64,000 nt of DNA from Sphyrna mokarran (Eukaryota), in contig JAGIQG010000029.1 of NCBI GenBank assembly GCA_024679065.1, positions 17,174,001 to 17,238,000 on the forward strand, given 5' to 3'. Position 1 is the stretch's first letter. The number at the start of each line of letters is the position of its first letter. Below, in pieces: positions 25,046-38,069 of the stretch. Below the pieces are notes generated by a model. It saw nothing but the letters and a program-made list of their open reading frames with translations. It made no database searches and was not told the origin of the DNA. The translations under genes and the position numbers were made by a program.

Positions 25046-25679
25046 TCATTTTATAGACAGCAGTTTTATCCAGCATCAGAGTTGGTAAGAATTGTAATCT
25101 CACATTTAAAGCTAAATATTTCAGTGACATACTTACAACGAGCACTAGGAAATCAGAAATTAAAACAGAAAATGTGAGAAAAACACTGCACATCCACCAA
25201 TGCATGTAAAGAAAAACTTTTCACATAGAAATCATTTGCATTTTCTTTGAAGTATCATAATTAAGGTTTTAATTTTCTAAAGCCAGGTGTCCTTTCAACA
25301 TGCTGCAATAGAGTGGCAGTAATTGTGCACAATACCTCTTCCAGACTATAGATTGTTCAATCCATTGCCATTGCATTGGCCAGTTCAATCTATCACATAT
25401 ACTATCACTGTGCCAGAGATCAGCACCCATTTTCTAGTGCATAAGGCAAGATGTCACTTACCATTTTAGTGCTGGTCCAGTTACAGATACCATCTGTTGT
25501 TGACAACTTCAATGAGCTGTGAATTCTTCCACAATGTAGATTGATTCTGCTAAGCTGTTGTGAATTGCTTCTAATTCCGCTCAGCTTCATTTCATATCTG
25601 TTATGGAAAATCACTTACAGCAATGTTACAATAATAGAACAGTGAAAATGATGACAGACAGGAAAAGTCACCATTAATT

Positions 25680-25970
25680 ACATAGAACTTACAGCACAAG
25701 CTAGATACAAGCCTTTGGACTAATATTCCAGGCTTGTATTATTCTTCACACTAGCCTTCTCCCATCCTCTTCACCAAGCAGGTGAAGAGGATGAGAGAAG
25801 GCTGGTATTTCTTTTGCCCTCAGATACTGCCAGTTAAATGTGACTTTCAGCCTTAACTATCCACTGTAATGTTGAGTTCCATTTTCAAATTACTCTCTGA
25901 ATAAAGATGTTTTCTTGAATTCCCTATGCATGCTCACAGATGACAATTATATGGTGTTTTTCTCCCTCCC
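25680..25970 (-). mobile_element. Diverged CR1 3' fragment
   Basis: catagaacttacagcaca... is the reverse complement of the tail; gagttccattttcaaattactctctgaataaag. Confidence 0.5.
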
Positions 25971-26019
25971 AGACAAGCAGTTTTCAAATCAACAAAAGTA
26001 AGTTTTTTTTTGTCTTCAT

Positions 26020-26320
26020 TTTTTCATGAGATGTGGGCATTGCTGGCAAAGCCAGCATTTGTTGCCTTCCCTGATTGCCTTTGACATGAGGGCAGTTAAG
26101 GATGGCAGATTTCCTTCCCTAAAGGACATTAGTGAGCCAGATAAGTTTTTACAACCATTGCAAATAATTGATATGGTCACTATTTATGACTATCTTTTTT
26201 CTCCAAATTTATTAATTTAATTTAAATCCCACCAGTTGCAAAAGGGGCATTTGAATCCATGTCCCCACAGCATTAGCATGGGGCCATGCATTACTAATCC
26301 ACTGACATTACCACTAATTG
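26020..26320 (-). mobile_element. Bipartite SINE-like element (head plus tail of the 43850-46810 LINE)
   Basis: 26020-26100 matches the LINE tail; 26100-26320 matches its tRNA-like head. Confidence 0.6.
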
Positions 26321-26739
26321 TCCCCAGTCATCCCTCCACTGTGAGGTCAACATACATTAAGTGTTGTCACTCTTGACTGAAAATTTTGTTGTAAGAAATC
26401 ATGGACTCCTATAATAAAACAGAGGAGGCCATTTGGCCCATTGTACCTATGCCAGTTCTTTGCAAGTTCTTGAATTAATCTGCCCTTCTAATCTGCCTTT
26501 TCTCCAGAGACTTTCTCTTTAAGTGCTGATCCAATTCACCACCTTTTCAGTAAGTGCTTTTCAGATCATAACAACGCAACAAAATGCATAATGTTTTACA
26601 TAATGAGCTGATTGTCATACAATGAGATGATTTTCATACATGGAAAATATGCAGACAGATATATCCAGTCTGCTCATAGAATTGAGAGTTCTGAATTTCT
26701 GGTATCCGTATCAATATTTACTACATTGTTCTAATAAAA

Positions 26740-26960
26740 CGTCATTGACCTGAAACATAAACTTGTTTCTCCTTTCATAGACACTACCTGACGAGCTGAG
26801 CAACACTAAACTTTGTTCAGAAAATGCTGGAAAATCTCAGCAGGTCTCTTGAAACATTAGTTCTGTTTCCTACCCACAGATGTTGTAAGACTTGCTGAAA
26901 TTTTCCAGCATTTACTGTTTTTGTTTCAGAATCCAACATCTGCAGTATTTTGCTTTTAAC
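26740..26960. mobile_element. Fold-back family B copies (partial or nested)
   Basis: aaaatgctggaaaatctcagcagg / cttgctgaaattttccagcattt; gtcattgacctgaaac motif. Confidence 0.6.
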
Positions 26961-27784
26961 TGCACTTTTTCATTCTGTGCGGCCTGTTCATTTGAATACA
27001 CATCTTTAATTTTTTTGAGGATTATCTTAAAGGTAAAAAGTCTGAGTGGCTTTCATGGTATTTTCTAGTTGCTGTGCAGTCACAAGCTTACATGCTACTG
27101 AATATTTCCAACATTCTTCATTTTATTTCAGATTTACAGCATTCACAATATTTTGTTTTTAATCCTTGACTACGCTATGGACTGGTGGGATCTGTGGTTG
27201 TGTCTGTAATTCCCATAATACACATTTCCGGATCATTTGGAAAAGATTTCAGATAGAATTGCTAAGGTGAAAGGAAAGATTACAGCGACTTATAGGGCAA
27301 CTCTGGTGAACCTACAAGTACATGACCATCATTCCTTAAAGGGTAAAATTATACTGCTATTGCTCACAGTAATCAGATGCAGTCTGTTAAGAACAGAATC
27401 AAGTCCTGAAACGCACCAGTGCGCTATTCTTGTTTGTCCTTCAAATGTTTTGGTAGCACCAATGGCTTGCAAAACAATTAAAAAAAAATTGGTTTTAAGT
27501 GTTGCCTGCATGTATTTGAACCGAGAACTTTTATGATAATGTAAAGTACAATTCAGTCTGCACAACTCGGGTGCTGTTACTGCAATATTCTTTCCAGGTT
27601 CTGAACTTACACTGATACAGCAGCAGCTGCAAAATGGTGAATGGATTAGAAAATTTAATAAGTGAGAAATTGAGATTTCAGAATGTACGTCAATAGGTGG
27701 CAACTTATCTTGCATTCAGATTACCAGATAATTCTCAATCAGGAATGAGTTATTGTTAGTGCCAGACTGTGATTATTCAATTAA

Positions 27785-28380
27785 ACCATATGTTGAGCAG
27801 AATTAGATCATTCAGCCTGTCAAATCTGCTCTGCCATTCATTCATGGCTGATAAGTTTCTTAACCCCATTCTCCTGCTTTTTCTCCTAACCCTTGAGCCC
27901 TTCACCAATCAAGAACTTATCTCTGTTTTAAATACACTCAATGACCTGGCTTCCAAAGTCTTGTATGGCAACAAATTCCACAGATTCACTACCCTCTGGC
28001 TGAAGAAATTCCTTCTCATCTCAGTTCTAAGGGTCATCCTTCTACTTTGAGGCTGTGCCCACAGGTTCTGGTCTCTCCTACTATTGGAAATATTTTCTCC
28101 ATGTCCACTCTATTCATGTCTTTCAATATTCTATAAGTTTCAATGAGATCCCTCCCTCGTTTTTCTAAACTCCATTGATTACAGACTTAGAATCCTCAAA
28201 TGCTCTTTATGTCAAGCTTTTCATTCCAGGGATCATTTTTGTGAACCTCCTCTTGATCCTCTCCAGGGCCAGCATATCCATCCTTAGATACAGGGCCCAA
28301 ATTGCTCACAATCTTCGAAATGTGGTCTCACCCGAGTGTTATAAAGCCTCAGCAATACATCCCTGCTTTTGTATTCTAAT
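27785..28380 (-). mobile_element. CR1 3' fragment
   Basis: ttccacagattcactaccctctggctgaagaaattccttctcatctc, nearly identical to the 11570 copy. Confidence 0.85.
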
Positions 28381-28865
28381 GTATGATTCCCATAACACCT
28401 CAGCATATTTTATGCTTATATGAAACAGTGAACAATATACTTATTTTAAAATCAGGCCGAGATTGTTATGAAGTCAAAAGCGGTTCATGAAAAGTCAGTA
28501 ATAATAATTTTCACTTACATGGCTAATTTCCACGTTGATACATCCAAAAATTATAAAACAATATTGAATCAAAATGATATTCAGTATAGTATCTTTTTAA
28601 AGAAATATGGACAACAATCCTGCATTTATCAGCCAGTTAAACACTTCATCCTTGTAAACCCTTTTCCCTGACAAGCAGATACAGAAAAATAAACTGACAT
28701 AAACAGGACTGAGAACGGGCCACATGTTGGGACCATGAAAATCTCATCACCCATTTGCTAAACCTTGTATTTACAAGTAAAAATAAAGACTCAGGTGTCC
28801 GAGAGTAATTCCCAACATTAGTGAGAAATAAAAGACAAGAATATTAGGCATTTTTTTTAACACTT

Positions 28866-28871
28866 TTTATT
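28866..28871 (-). terminator. Candidate distal polyadenylation signal of GRAMD1B
   Basis: AATAAA on the minus strand with downstream U-rich tcttgtcttttattt, near the edge of the TE-poor zone. Confidence 0.35.
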
Positions 28872-30702
28872 CATACCTTGTGTCTACTTTACATTAACTT
28901 ACATGTGGGTTGCCATAGTAACCTAAACTCTAGTAGGCAAGGTTATTAAAACTAAACCTGCGCACAGCGCAGTGTTTACAATTAAGTTTCATATATGGAG
29001 ATCAAAACAGTTCTAAAAAAATGTACCTTATATTTGAATGCACATCGTGATACTTTATTACATAATGTCAGGCATAGTCAAGCTACACAATCCAATTCTA
29101 CTTCATTTCATCTGATGATGGCTGCATAGCCTGCAGGCTAGCATTAGGTAGCATCAGATGTACATGCATCTCTTTTAAAAAAGAAATATCTGCCTGGAGT
29201 GGGCACCATGTTTATTTGAACTAAATTACATTATAGTACAGCATCAACAGTTAGCAAAAATCCTGTTCAATGGGAAGGTTCATTTCAAAAGGGGATTTTT
29301 CAGGCACCAGTTCATTCCCCATGCATTCTACAATGTTTACTTAATTGAAATAATGGGATTACGGAATTAATTTGCATTTCCAATAGAACTTCTACTGTAA
29401 TCTTGTACACATGAAAAGCTTTTGCACGTTCGTCAATTGGTAATGTAGTAGAGCTAAAAAAACAACAATTAGCTTCTTTTTAATGGACTCCAACCGTTGC
29501 AATAAATACATTAATTTGTTCAATTTCCCCATGCACCTTGTCAGTTTAAAAATCCTAATGCAACGATCAATTACAACTACTTTTGTGATTCTTTGCATTA
29601 TTTAAAACCAAACGACAATTGGAATGACCCACATGAGGCAGACACTGTCCCTTTTAAACTATCATATTCACGTTTCCAAATCCTGCGAAATAAGTGATCA
29701 TTGTTCAATGTCTTGTAACACGATGGCAATCAGTTTAATAAAAAAATTCTTACCACACAGTCTGAAAACGTACAGCCCATAAAATTCCCCTCAACAGCAA
29801 ATTCCTTTAATGCATTTTGAATAATAAAGAGAATTCAACATTTTGACCTCAGTATGATTGGACTCCGCAAGACTTTATATGGGCTGTCTATTTTCTTCTG
29901 AAATAATACTATATTTGAGTTCAAGGAAAAGAAAACACAACAATACAGCTTCTATCTTGAGTAATAAGAATTAATGACAAGGATACTGCTGTGCATTAAC
30001 AGTACACATAATTGATTTAACAAATAGGTGTGCAACAAAAACAACCATTGCAATGTATGCGGCAAGGAATGGTGAAAAAACTAATTTCCATAGCCTAAAA
30101 ACTCAAGTGCACCTACATTTGGGGTGGTGATAATCGGGGCCGGGGGGGGGAGAGAGAGAGAGAGAGCGGAGTGGTGCTTGGCTGGAGTGTAAGGCCAGGT
30201 CCCTGCATTAGATGTTCAGACCCAAGGTGCAACTGATATTCCCATAGGCCTCATTAACATTGCATGGTGAGTGGGTTGAAAAAAAACATCTCACCAGCCC
30301 AGCAATGCTAATCAGGCTGCTGTGACAAGAGAGTTGATGGCTGAAAGAAGGTGATCAGGTTGGAAGCAGTGGTCAGGGGTAGAATTGGGGGATGGTTCAG
30401 AGTAGGAGATAACACCAACGATCAATGTTGGAAAGCAGCAACTTTGAATGGAGTGAGGCTGAGTGGGAAGAAGCAATGGCTGATATTCTTTTAACGTTGA
30501 ACATGGGGTCAGGAGGAGGATTCCCAACTCCTCTGACTTCCATATTCAGGTAAGTGTATTTTAAAGCTTAACTTGTTAGTTGCACGAGAACGGGTGGTCT
30601 CTTTTGGATCACCTGCAGTGCTGCATGTAACATCTGTTTTACCTGAGTATAGCTGGCGCCAGCACTGGCTGACTCAGGACAAAAGAATACATAAGCAGCC
30701 TA

Positions 30703-30915
30703 ATACAGATGCTAAAAATAGAAAATAAAAACAGGAAATGCTGGAAATACTCAGCAGGCCAGTTTGCATTTGTGGAGAGAAAAAGAGAGAGTTAACATTT
30801 TAGGTCAATGATGTTTCATCAGATGAAAGATCTCCAAGCTGAAATGTTAAGTTTCTCCCATCACAAATGCAAACTGGCTTGCTGGCATTTAAAACATTTT
30901 CCATTTTTACTTTGG
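30703..30915. mobile_element. Fold-back family B copy inside the putative GRAMD1B 3'UTR
   Basis: gaaatgctggaaatactcagcaggccagtttgcatttgtggagag...gttaacattt / gaaatgttaa...cacaaatgcaaactggcttgctg. Confidence 0.65.
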
Positions 30916-33900
30916 AATAAGCCAATCTGCAGTGGGGCCTGAAGCAAAAGTTAGGCCCCTCATGAAAATATAATTTTTGATCTTTTCTAAAATGGCAAAT
31001 TTCCAGCTTGAAATGAATGTGCATATTCTGCCTATTTGCTATATTAAACTCAAAAGGCTGTGTGGCCGAATTTCTAGGGCCATATGCAAGAGGTAATACC
31101 ACATAAAGGGCCACAAAACAGCATAGCTCTTACTGTTATTAGGAATGGTGCTTAATTTACCTTGATCTGATTTTAGTTTCAGATTATGCTAAATTTGGGA
31201 ATGACTGAAAGATGTATACTCAATCATGTTTAACCATAAAATGCAAAAACAAAGAGACAGAAGGTGGACAAAGTGCATGCCCCAAGATTTTGAATATAAA
31301 TCTGAGTAAAAGAGGTAATGCATGTGCCAGTGGGTCCTGAACACTCAAGCACACTGCATCTTTTGCAACAGTGGACATGACTTCTGCAAATGCATTTTAG
31401 CTCTAAGTAGTATCAATATATTGTCATTTCAAAAGTGCCATATGAATACAAAATGATTAGAAATAACTGCTTTCAAAATGTTTACTATAATTCAGTTGAT
31501 CAAACCTATTTTACCATTGCTCAATACTTTTAGAATTCTATTGGTCACAAATTATTTTCAGGCACAGGGATCACTTTACCACCTCCATTACATTATGATT
31601 ATTATATCATGGTAAAACACATTGTGCTACCTTCTAGAAAGGAATTTTGAAACATAATCAAATCATCCTTCACTCAAAAGTATCATTTGTTATACAGATT
31701 AAAGAAAGAAATAAAACAAACATAGCCAGTAAATTCCATCATGTAAATAAATACAAAAATCTACTTTTATTAAATATCCAGTCGGATTTACTATTCCAAC
31801 CCCGATATTGTTTTAAAATTTGTCCTAAAATCTTGGATGATCCTTGGATTAACATTTTACAACTTCTCAAACAAGATAGCTGTGGGACATTTCGTAAGGG
31901 TAACCCACCAAGAATGGTACTGCCCATCTATATTTTAAGCAAAACAATAGCTTAGTTCTGATGGGAGTAAATTTTTATTCTGACTGCTTCAACAATGTCA
32001 TGTGAGGAATTTAAATTTGATCCACAGACGATTACCCAGCTGTTGTACAGCAATTTAAATTCTGTGCATTTTATACAAATGCACAAATCCCTTCTGATAG
32101 ATACAGGCACGCACGCACAAACTCACTCACCACACTCACGGCTAAATATACTCTCAGGCCCACATTACCATTTCTTGATCCTGACACTTTTCTCAAATCC
32201 TGCTCAACTGATTTTTGGTGTTACACATAATGTAAACTCTAAAAACAAAACGAACCAAATGTGTCTTGGCTAATTTAAAGCCAAATAGTTTCAACTCATA
32301 ATATGCTGGCAATCCTATACAATACCAAGCACAGACACAAAAATAATGCAACTTCTGTAAGCAACTGAACAGAGTGAAGATATCCAAAATTACTTTCCTG
32401 CAGTGCAAGTCTATTTTTTTTTTAAACTAATTTTCAATTCCGTTTCATGATTTGAAAATATAAACTCAAATTTAAAGGCAACACAAAATGTAGCAATGAG
32501 CTCAGAATTAAAAAAAATAAGTTATTCATTTAGCACATAAAGAAAAAAGCCTGTGCTCATCAATATACTATATGGAGTGATCAAAAACACAAGCCTATCA
32601 AATCTGATGAGTGATGTTACTGCAAAGCATCTGCTACTTGATTCTACCAGTCATGTCGAATGTGGATGTGATATGACAAAAAGCAAGATGAGTGTGGTAT
32701 TAATGAGAGTGACCTGTTCACAGAATAACATGATTCCATAATTAAATTCAAAATGGATTTGTCATTATTTATCAAAACATCCAAAGTTATTAGAATTGGT
32801 CATTGCCTTTTTCAATATTTCCCACTATTTAAATGGACTGGGGAACTTAAATCGGACTATGCCTATCCTTAAAACTATTGTGAATTTATTGATAAATTGC
32901 ACTGAATTATTCTGTCAATAGGTGACAATAGTGCACTGGTATGTACTTGGGCATGTGTGCATACTTACAATGCAAACAATTTTCTGATCTCATACATCTC
33001 ACTTTAATTGATTCAATATTGTTATATAATTTCAGATTGATACCACAAACTTTGAAGCTAATAGAAAGGTTTGTTCCGTTTAGAAAGCAACTTTTTAAGA
33101 AAATGTCATTTTAGTCATCTTTAAGCACCTTATGTTTGATACTAAATCTTACTGTCTCTGACTGCATTGAAATGGTCATATCAGCAGCTATGTTATGAAT
33201 CTAGCAATTATCTACACAGGAACACTCTCAAGTAAGATGTGCTTAGGAGTTAGTCGCTGGAGTCCAGTCACTTTCAAAACCCTGAAGCACATAACTCTTC
33301 CCCCTGATTTCAGAAGTCTTTGAAATTTCAGTTTTCACAAGACTCATAAAATAGCATTGATACAATCCACAGTTCTGGGGAAAACCAAGTTACCATAAAT
33401 TTCACGTGAAAAACATCCAATGACATATTTTACGAGTTAGTCAGAATTCAACCTCCACTCCTTTCAGTTTGTCCCAACAAATTTTAAACACTTTAGGTCA
33501 GGGTGGTCCATTAGAATGAATGCTCACAATACTGGTCAGTCTTCTAACAAAATGAAAAAGCATATCCAATTCAGCACCTGTCAACCATTGCACTAAACTT
33601 TCCAATTCTGTCAGCTCATAGACAAGCACAATAATATATTATAAATAAACTATTTAAATATCATTTTTGGACTATATTAGTTAGAGATCATTTATTCCAT
33701 CACAAACAGTTCGCAGGTGAGCATTCAATTCCAGGACCTCATTTTTGACAATTGTATCCTAATGGGTCACATTGTTTTCAGAATTCACATTGAATTTGTT
33801 TTATTCTTGTACAAAGAGTGGATAGTTATCTACCAATGTCTCTTTAAAGTGTTAGCATGCACAAATTCAATGATGATATTAGGGCTCGAGTGGATTAAAG

Positions 33901-35284
33901 TGCTTGGCTGTTGTCACTTCATTTTATTAACTCTCTGCCCCTATTACACCGAGCAGCATGAGTGTTCCTGCACCATGCTCTTGTTATCGCAAATATCTCT
34001 GTTCTAATGAACCAATCAAATTGAAATTTGGTCACTAAAGATTATACCCTTGACTCCTCTGTATTTAGCATGCACAAGTAGATTTTCTGTTCTCTAGTGA
34101 GAGACTTCAAAAAAAATGGCAGGAAACTCAAATGAAAAATTCTACAGAATCCATTAAGATCCTGTCTTGCCTGTGGATCAAGTCACACAGGGAACCTTAG
34201 GAAAATCCATAACTTTCTTTTAATGAAGTGTGGCTCACTGATGCCTGTTGGGAAATTAAAACTCATTGTCAGACACGGGCAATATTATATGCGTATATAA
34301 AAAAAATTATACTAATATGCAGTTTTTCAAGTTTCTACGATACAACTGTAGAAATAAAAACTGACATGCCATAGTTCTACAGCACAGCTAAACATGCCAA
34401 CACACATCTCAGCTGCCTTGCACTTCCCTGCAACTGTCTCGGCATGTTAATGGTACTGATGATGAAACTCTCATCTGCAACTAACTGTTACCATTTCAAC
34501 AAAGAACACGGAATGCTTCACAGTCAGGTTCCACACATGCACTCTGTGAGCATCAGGTGAGAAATCTGCAGCTTTTAGACATGCTGTAATGAGAGTTACA
34601 GAACAGAGACACACTTTTACCCTATATATTCTGGGACCTGCCTATAATAGATTGTTTAGTCTGTATTTACAATAATAAATATCTAAGTCAGTCCATCAGA
34701 ATTCCAGTTATTTTCTGTAGTTTTTTTTTTCAATTTTCTATCATACAACTGTAGAACTAAAAACTGATCAGACTGACATGCCACACTTCTGCAAGTCATT
34801 TGTAACTTAGAATGTCTTCAAGTTTTATCAATACAGATATTCACAGTTTCTTTTTCCATTCACTCTGAGCCAGAATCAATACATTTGACTAATTTTGTTA
34901 ATAATGTGTATAAGTGGTGTTTTCACAGGCACAATGGCCTATAATCATTTCAAGATCCTCACCCTGCTCCTGTTTGATGAATACCTTAAATACAGAACAC
35001 AATGGACTTCAATTACATGTCTTCCACAACAGAGACAGCCCAAAGATTATTACATGCTTTTGTTACATGTTAAAGCTTACAGTACAACATTCTAGGATTT
35101 ACAACATGAGTGTGTAGGCAGATTAGTGTGGCTGCTGTCTTCTCATGATGCTTCAGTGCTGTCAGAGCCTAGTTCTGCCGCAGTTTCTAATCGGTACAGG
35201 ATCTTGATTTTGTCAATTTTGATTCCACTGACTGGGCAGCAGTCTGGAGGTCCAACTCAGCCTGTGATTCCAGTGTCTTTTTTA

Positions 35285-35328
35285 ATATATATATATATAT
35301 TTATTTATATAATTTATATATATCTATA
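35285..35328. repeat. (TA)n-rich microsatellite just after the GRAMD1B stop
   Basis: atatatatatatatatttatttatataatttatatatatc seen directly. Confidence 0.85.
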
Positions 35329-35365
35329 TTGCACACTATTCCCTCTTCGGCCTTTGTAATGCCCA

Positions 35366-35452
35366 TCAGTGAAACCGATCTCGCTTGTCTGTTTCAGAAC
35401 TGTAATCACGCAAACCGATGCCCTTCTGTAGAGTTATTAACGAGTCTCTCAT
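35366..35452 (-). CDS. GRAMD1B: GRAMD1B last coding exon
   Basis: ctacag acceptor, phase 0; MRDSLITLQKGIGLRDYSSETDKRDRFH-TGA, versus recalled human MKDSLINLQNGIRSRDYTSESEEKRNRYH. Confidence 0.95.
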   Translation of the reverse strand: MRDSLITLQKGIGLRDYSSETDKRDRFH

Positions 35453-37044
35453 CTGTAGGATGAATTTTTAAAAAAAAGATAAAATTCCAAAATCTTTCTG
35501 AGCATCTCAATTTTCAGCATCATATACACATAGCGGAGTCTGAATGCAGCCTGGCTGAGGGCCAGGTCTTCAGGATGAAGCAGATGCTCAGATTTCATTT
35601 CTGCCAACATAATATACATTTTTAACAAAGCAGTATATATTAAAGGAAAACATCAGTGCTAATGGCACCCTAACTTAATCAGGGATAAAACTGAAGTAAC
35701 AGTTTTCATAAAGAACCATTTGCTAAACACTTGAGGGATGATTTGTGAGGCAAACATCTGAATATAATGTAATAAACATAAAGTTCATTCAGGTAGTATT
35801 CTTTAAAGATCAGTTCCATTACTTGGTAGTAGTTTCTTCACAGATTCTTCTACAGCCTCGACATTTGAAAGGAAACTCGGGAAAAATTCTGATTAGGAAG
35901 ACGCAACAATGTTAAAATTTAATAACAGCTAAATATGCAATAACTTTCCTCATGCTATTAGCTTAGTGCAAAACATTTTACAGGCTTTGCAAGAGTTAAT
36001 CCTTCATCACATCAGACTGAAATGAAATACTGAACTGACAATCTCTGGCAAGTAGGAAATGGGCAGATTCAGAATCACAAATCTCTCATCAGCTTCAGCA
36101 GTTATTTCTGCAATGGCCGAATTGACACGGATATAAAGAGTTTCAGGATTCACGGTTGCTTACTCTCCACATTCTGAGATGTGTGCAGCCACGTGTTTAA
36201 TATGCAGAATGTGATCATGCAAGTTTTCACTCCAGTAAAGTCTACAGATATGAAAACCAGTTCCCTTAAATTTGATAGATTTTGTATTTAGGACAAACAT
36301 GATGTTGGTGCTGGTAAGTAGAACATTTATTCGTTTCAGTCATCTAAGTTGACTTTCCCAATTGGCCTGCTGTGCCAAGAGTGAAAAGCTAGTAGAAGCT
36401 ATGCTCTACTGCATCACCATCTTCCTGCCATTTGCTGCTAACCTAGTCTGATAAAATGTAGGTTGTAGTGTTACAAACGAGCACATGTAGGCTATGCACA
36501 ATCTGTTCAGACCTGCTAAAGTTCTACCCAATAACGTATTTCAGTGCTAATGTCAGAGAAGCACCTCATTGCATCAAGTGTGTCAATTTTAATTTGTTAA
36601 CCTCCTGGGGCCACTTTGATGGTGGATGACAATTTAATAGTAATTCATGCCGATTTGGGTGCAGTTTATGAGTCACTGAGGAGTGAATGAAAGCTCCCCA
36701 AGTTCATTTTATGTACGATGTTTCAAATCAATAGCCAGTAGAGACTTTCACCTCAGTATGGACTTGTTCCCAGAACCCAGAGATGAAAATCCAGTGAACA
36801 AAGGACTAATTGCTCAGCCCTCCATAATGATGATATGATAGAAAATTGGTTCAGGGTTAATAATGCATTGTAGTATGGCACAAAAATGCAAACATTTGTA
36901 GTCAACTCTTATCGACTTTTAAAAATAATATTGGGGGCATGGGATGTATTCTAGTAAATTTTCAAAACACCACTGAGTCTTGGCCGACTGATGGAGTTTC
37001 AGTGGTCCCAATGTTTGCATTAGTCAGTAAGAATTAATAGTCAC

Positions 37045-37165
37045 CTGATCTAGAAGTACTACTGATGATTTTAAAATCTCTCTCCATTTCTGTAGTTCAG
37101 TATCATGGTAACGCTGTTGTGACTCTAATAACTGGGCCCACTCCACCTGTGACTGGGGAAGTTTG
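37045..37165 (-). CDS. GRAMD1B: GRAMD1B exon (luminal coiled coil)
   Basis: AG/GT bounded, 121 nt; KLPQSQVEWAQLLESQQRYHDTELQKWREILKSSVVLLDQ. Confidence 0.96.
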
Positions 37166-37943
37166 CTGTATGGAAGAAAAGAAACAAGTTAAAGGCTTTA
37201 GCTGTGCCAGTACTTCCAGCCTAACCAGTTTACATACAGGATTACAGAATTTCTAACACAAATTATACTATGCGCAAGTCAGATTTCTGTGACTATTTGT
37301 GCTGGTTTAAGAAACTAGCCATTCCAATAGAAACAGATAGCCGAAAATTTCCCCAGGGAAATCATAGCCGGTGAGACAGAAAGTTTGGTGGACCATTTAA
37401 AGGTTCATCGAACTCGGCTGGGAATTTCTGGTCTTGGAGCATGCGCGGCTGGAAAATTCCATCTTATGTCTCTGATCAATTTAATTACTATAACAAGTTT
37501 TCTTTAACTTCATTTTTTGTAACCCCTCAAACTGACTTTTAAAATTAAACTTTTTTTAAATGAGAATTTTTCTTTAAAGATTTTTTAAAAAATTATAAAG
37601 TATTTAATTTACCTCAAAATTAAGAACACATCATTCAGCTGGTAAATCACACTGCATTGTTTCCACTAAGTCATTTTTAGTTATTTAAAATCAGGTTGTA
37701 AGTGGTAAACCAGACAATTCCAATTAAAAATGTTTAGTTTTGTGATGAACACGTATTCAGCTGTACTAGTTTTACAGTGATAGTTTGCTTTAACATCACA
37801 TTATGGGTGGTGAAAATGTAAATATGGTCATTGCCAACAGTACATCAAGAAAAAGTAGTAGAGTTCAGCAACTACTGAAGTCATTTTTTTTAAACACAGT
37901 CTCATATAAGTGGCCTCTGTCAGGTGAAAAATGTAGTCAATAC

Positions 37944-38051
37944 CTCTCCTGGAGCCTGATCCCATGCCACGTAGTGAGACTCTGTGTTGTATATTCCAAC
38001 ATCCATAGCTTATAAAATAACATCATATTCAGAAATACTAGTAACACCAAG
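37944..38051 (-). CDS. GRAMD1B: GRAMD1B exon (TM helix and luminal start)
   Basis: AG/GT bounded, 108 nt; LVLLVFLNMMLFYKLWMLEYTTQSLTTWHGIRLQE(S). Confidence 0.96.
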
Positions 38052-38069
38052 CTGTGGAGAGAACAACAG

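Larger units (their letters stand above)
28850..35365 (-). other. GRAMD1B: Putative long (about 6.5 kb) GRAMD1B 3'UTR
   Basis: Repeat-poor AU-rich tract after the stop. AATAAA (minus) at 28866-28871 is followed by U/GU-rich sequence. Several other AATAAA hexamers occur, so the true end is uncertain. Confidence 0.4.

Noticed and set aside
35803-35930. Possible extra GRAMD1B exon (NVEAVEESVKKLLPSNGTDL-like frame)
   Set aside because: The available AG acceptors give early stops in the required phase 0, and exon 37045 joins exon 35452 cleanly.
36640-36820. Faint LF-SINE-like similarity on the minus strand
   Set aside because: It is too diverged to support without a profile search.
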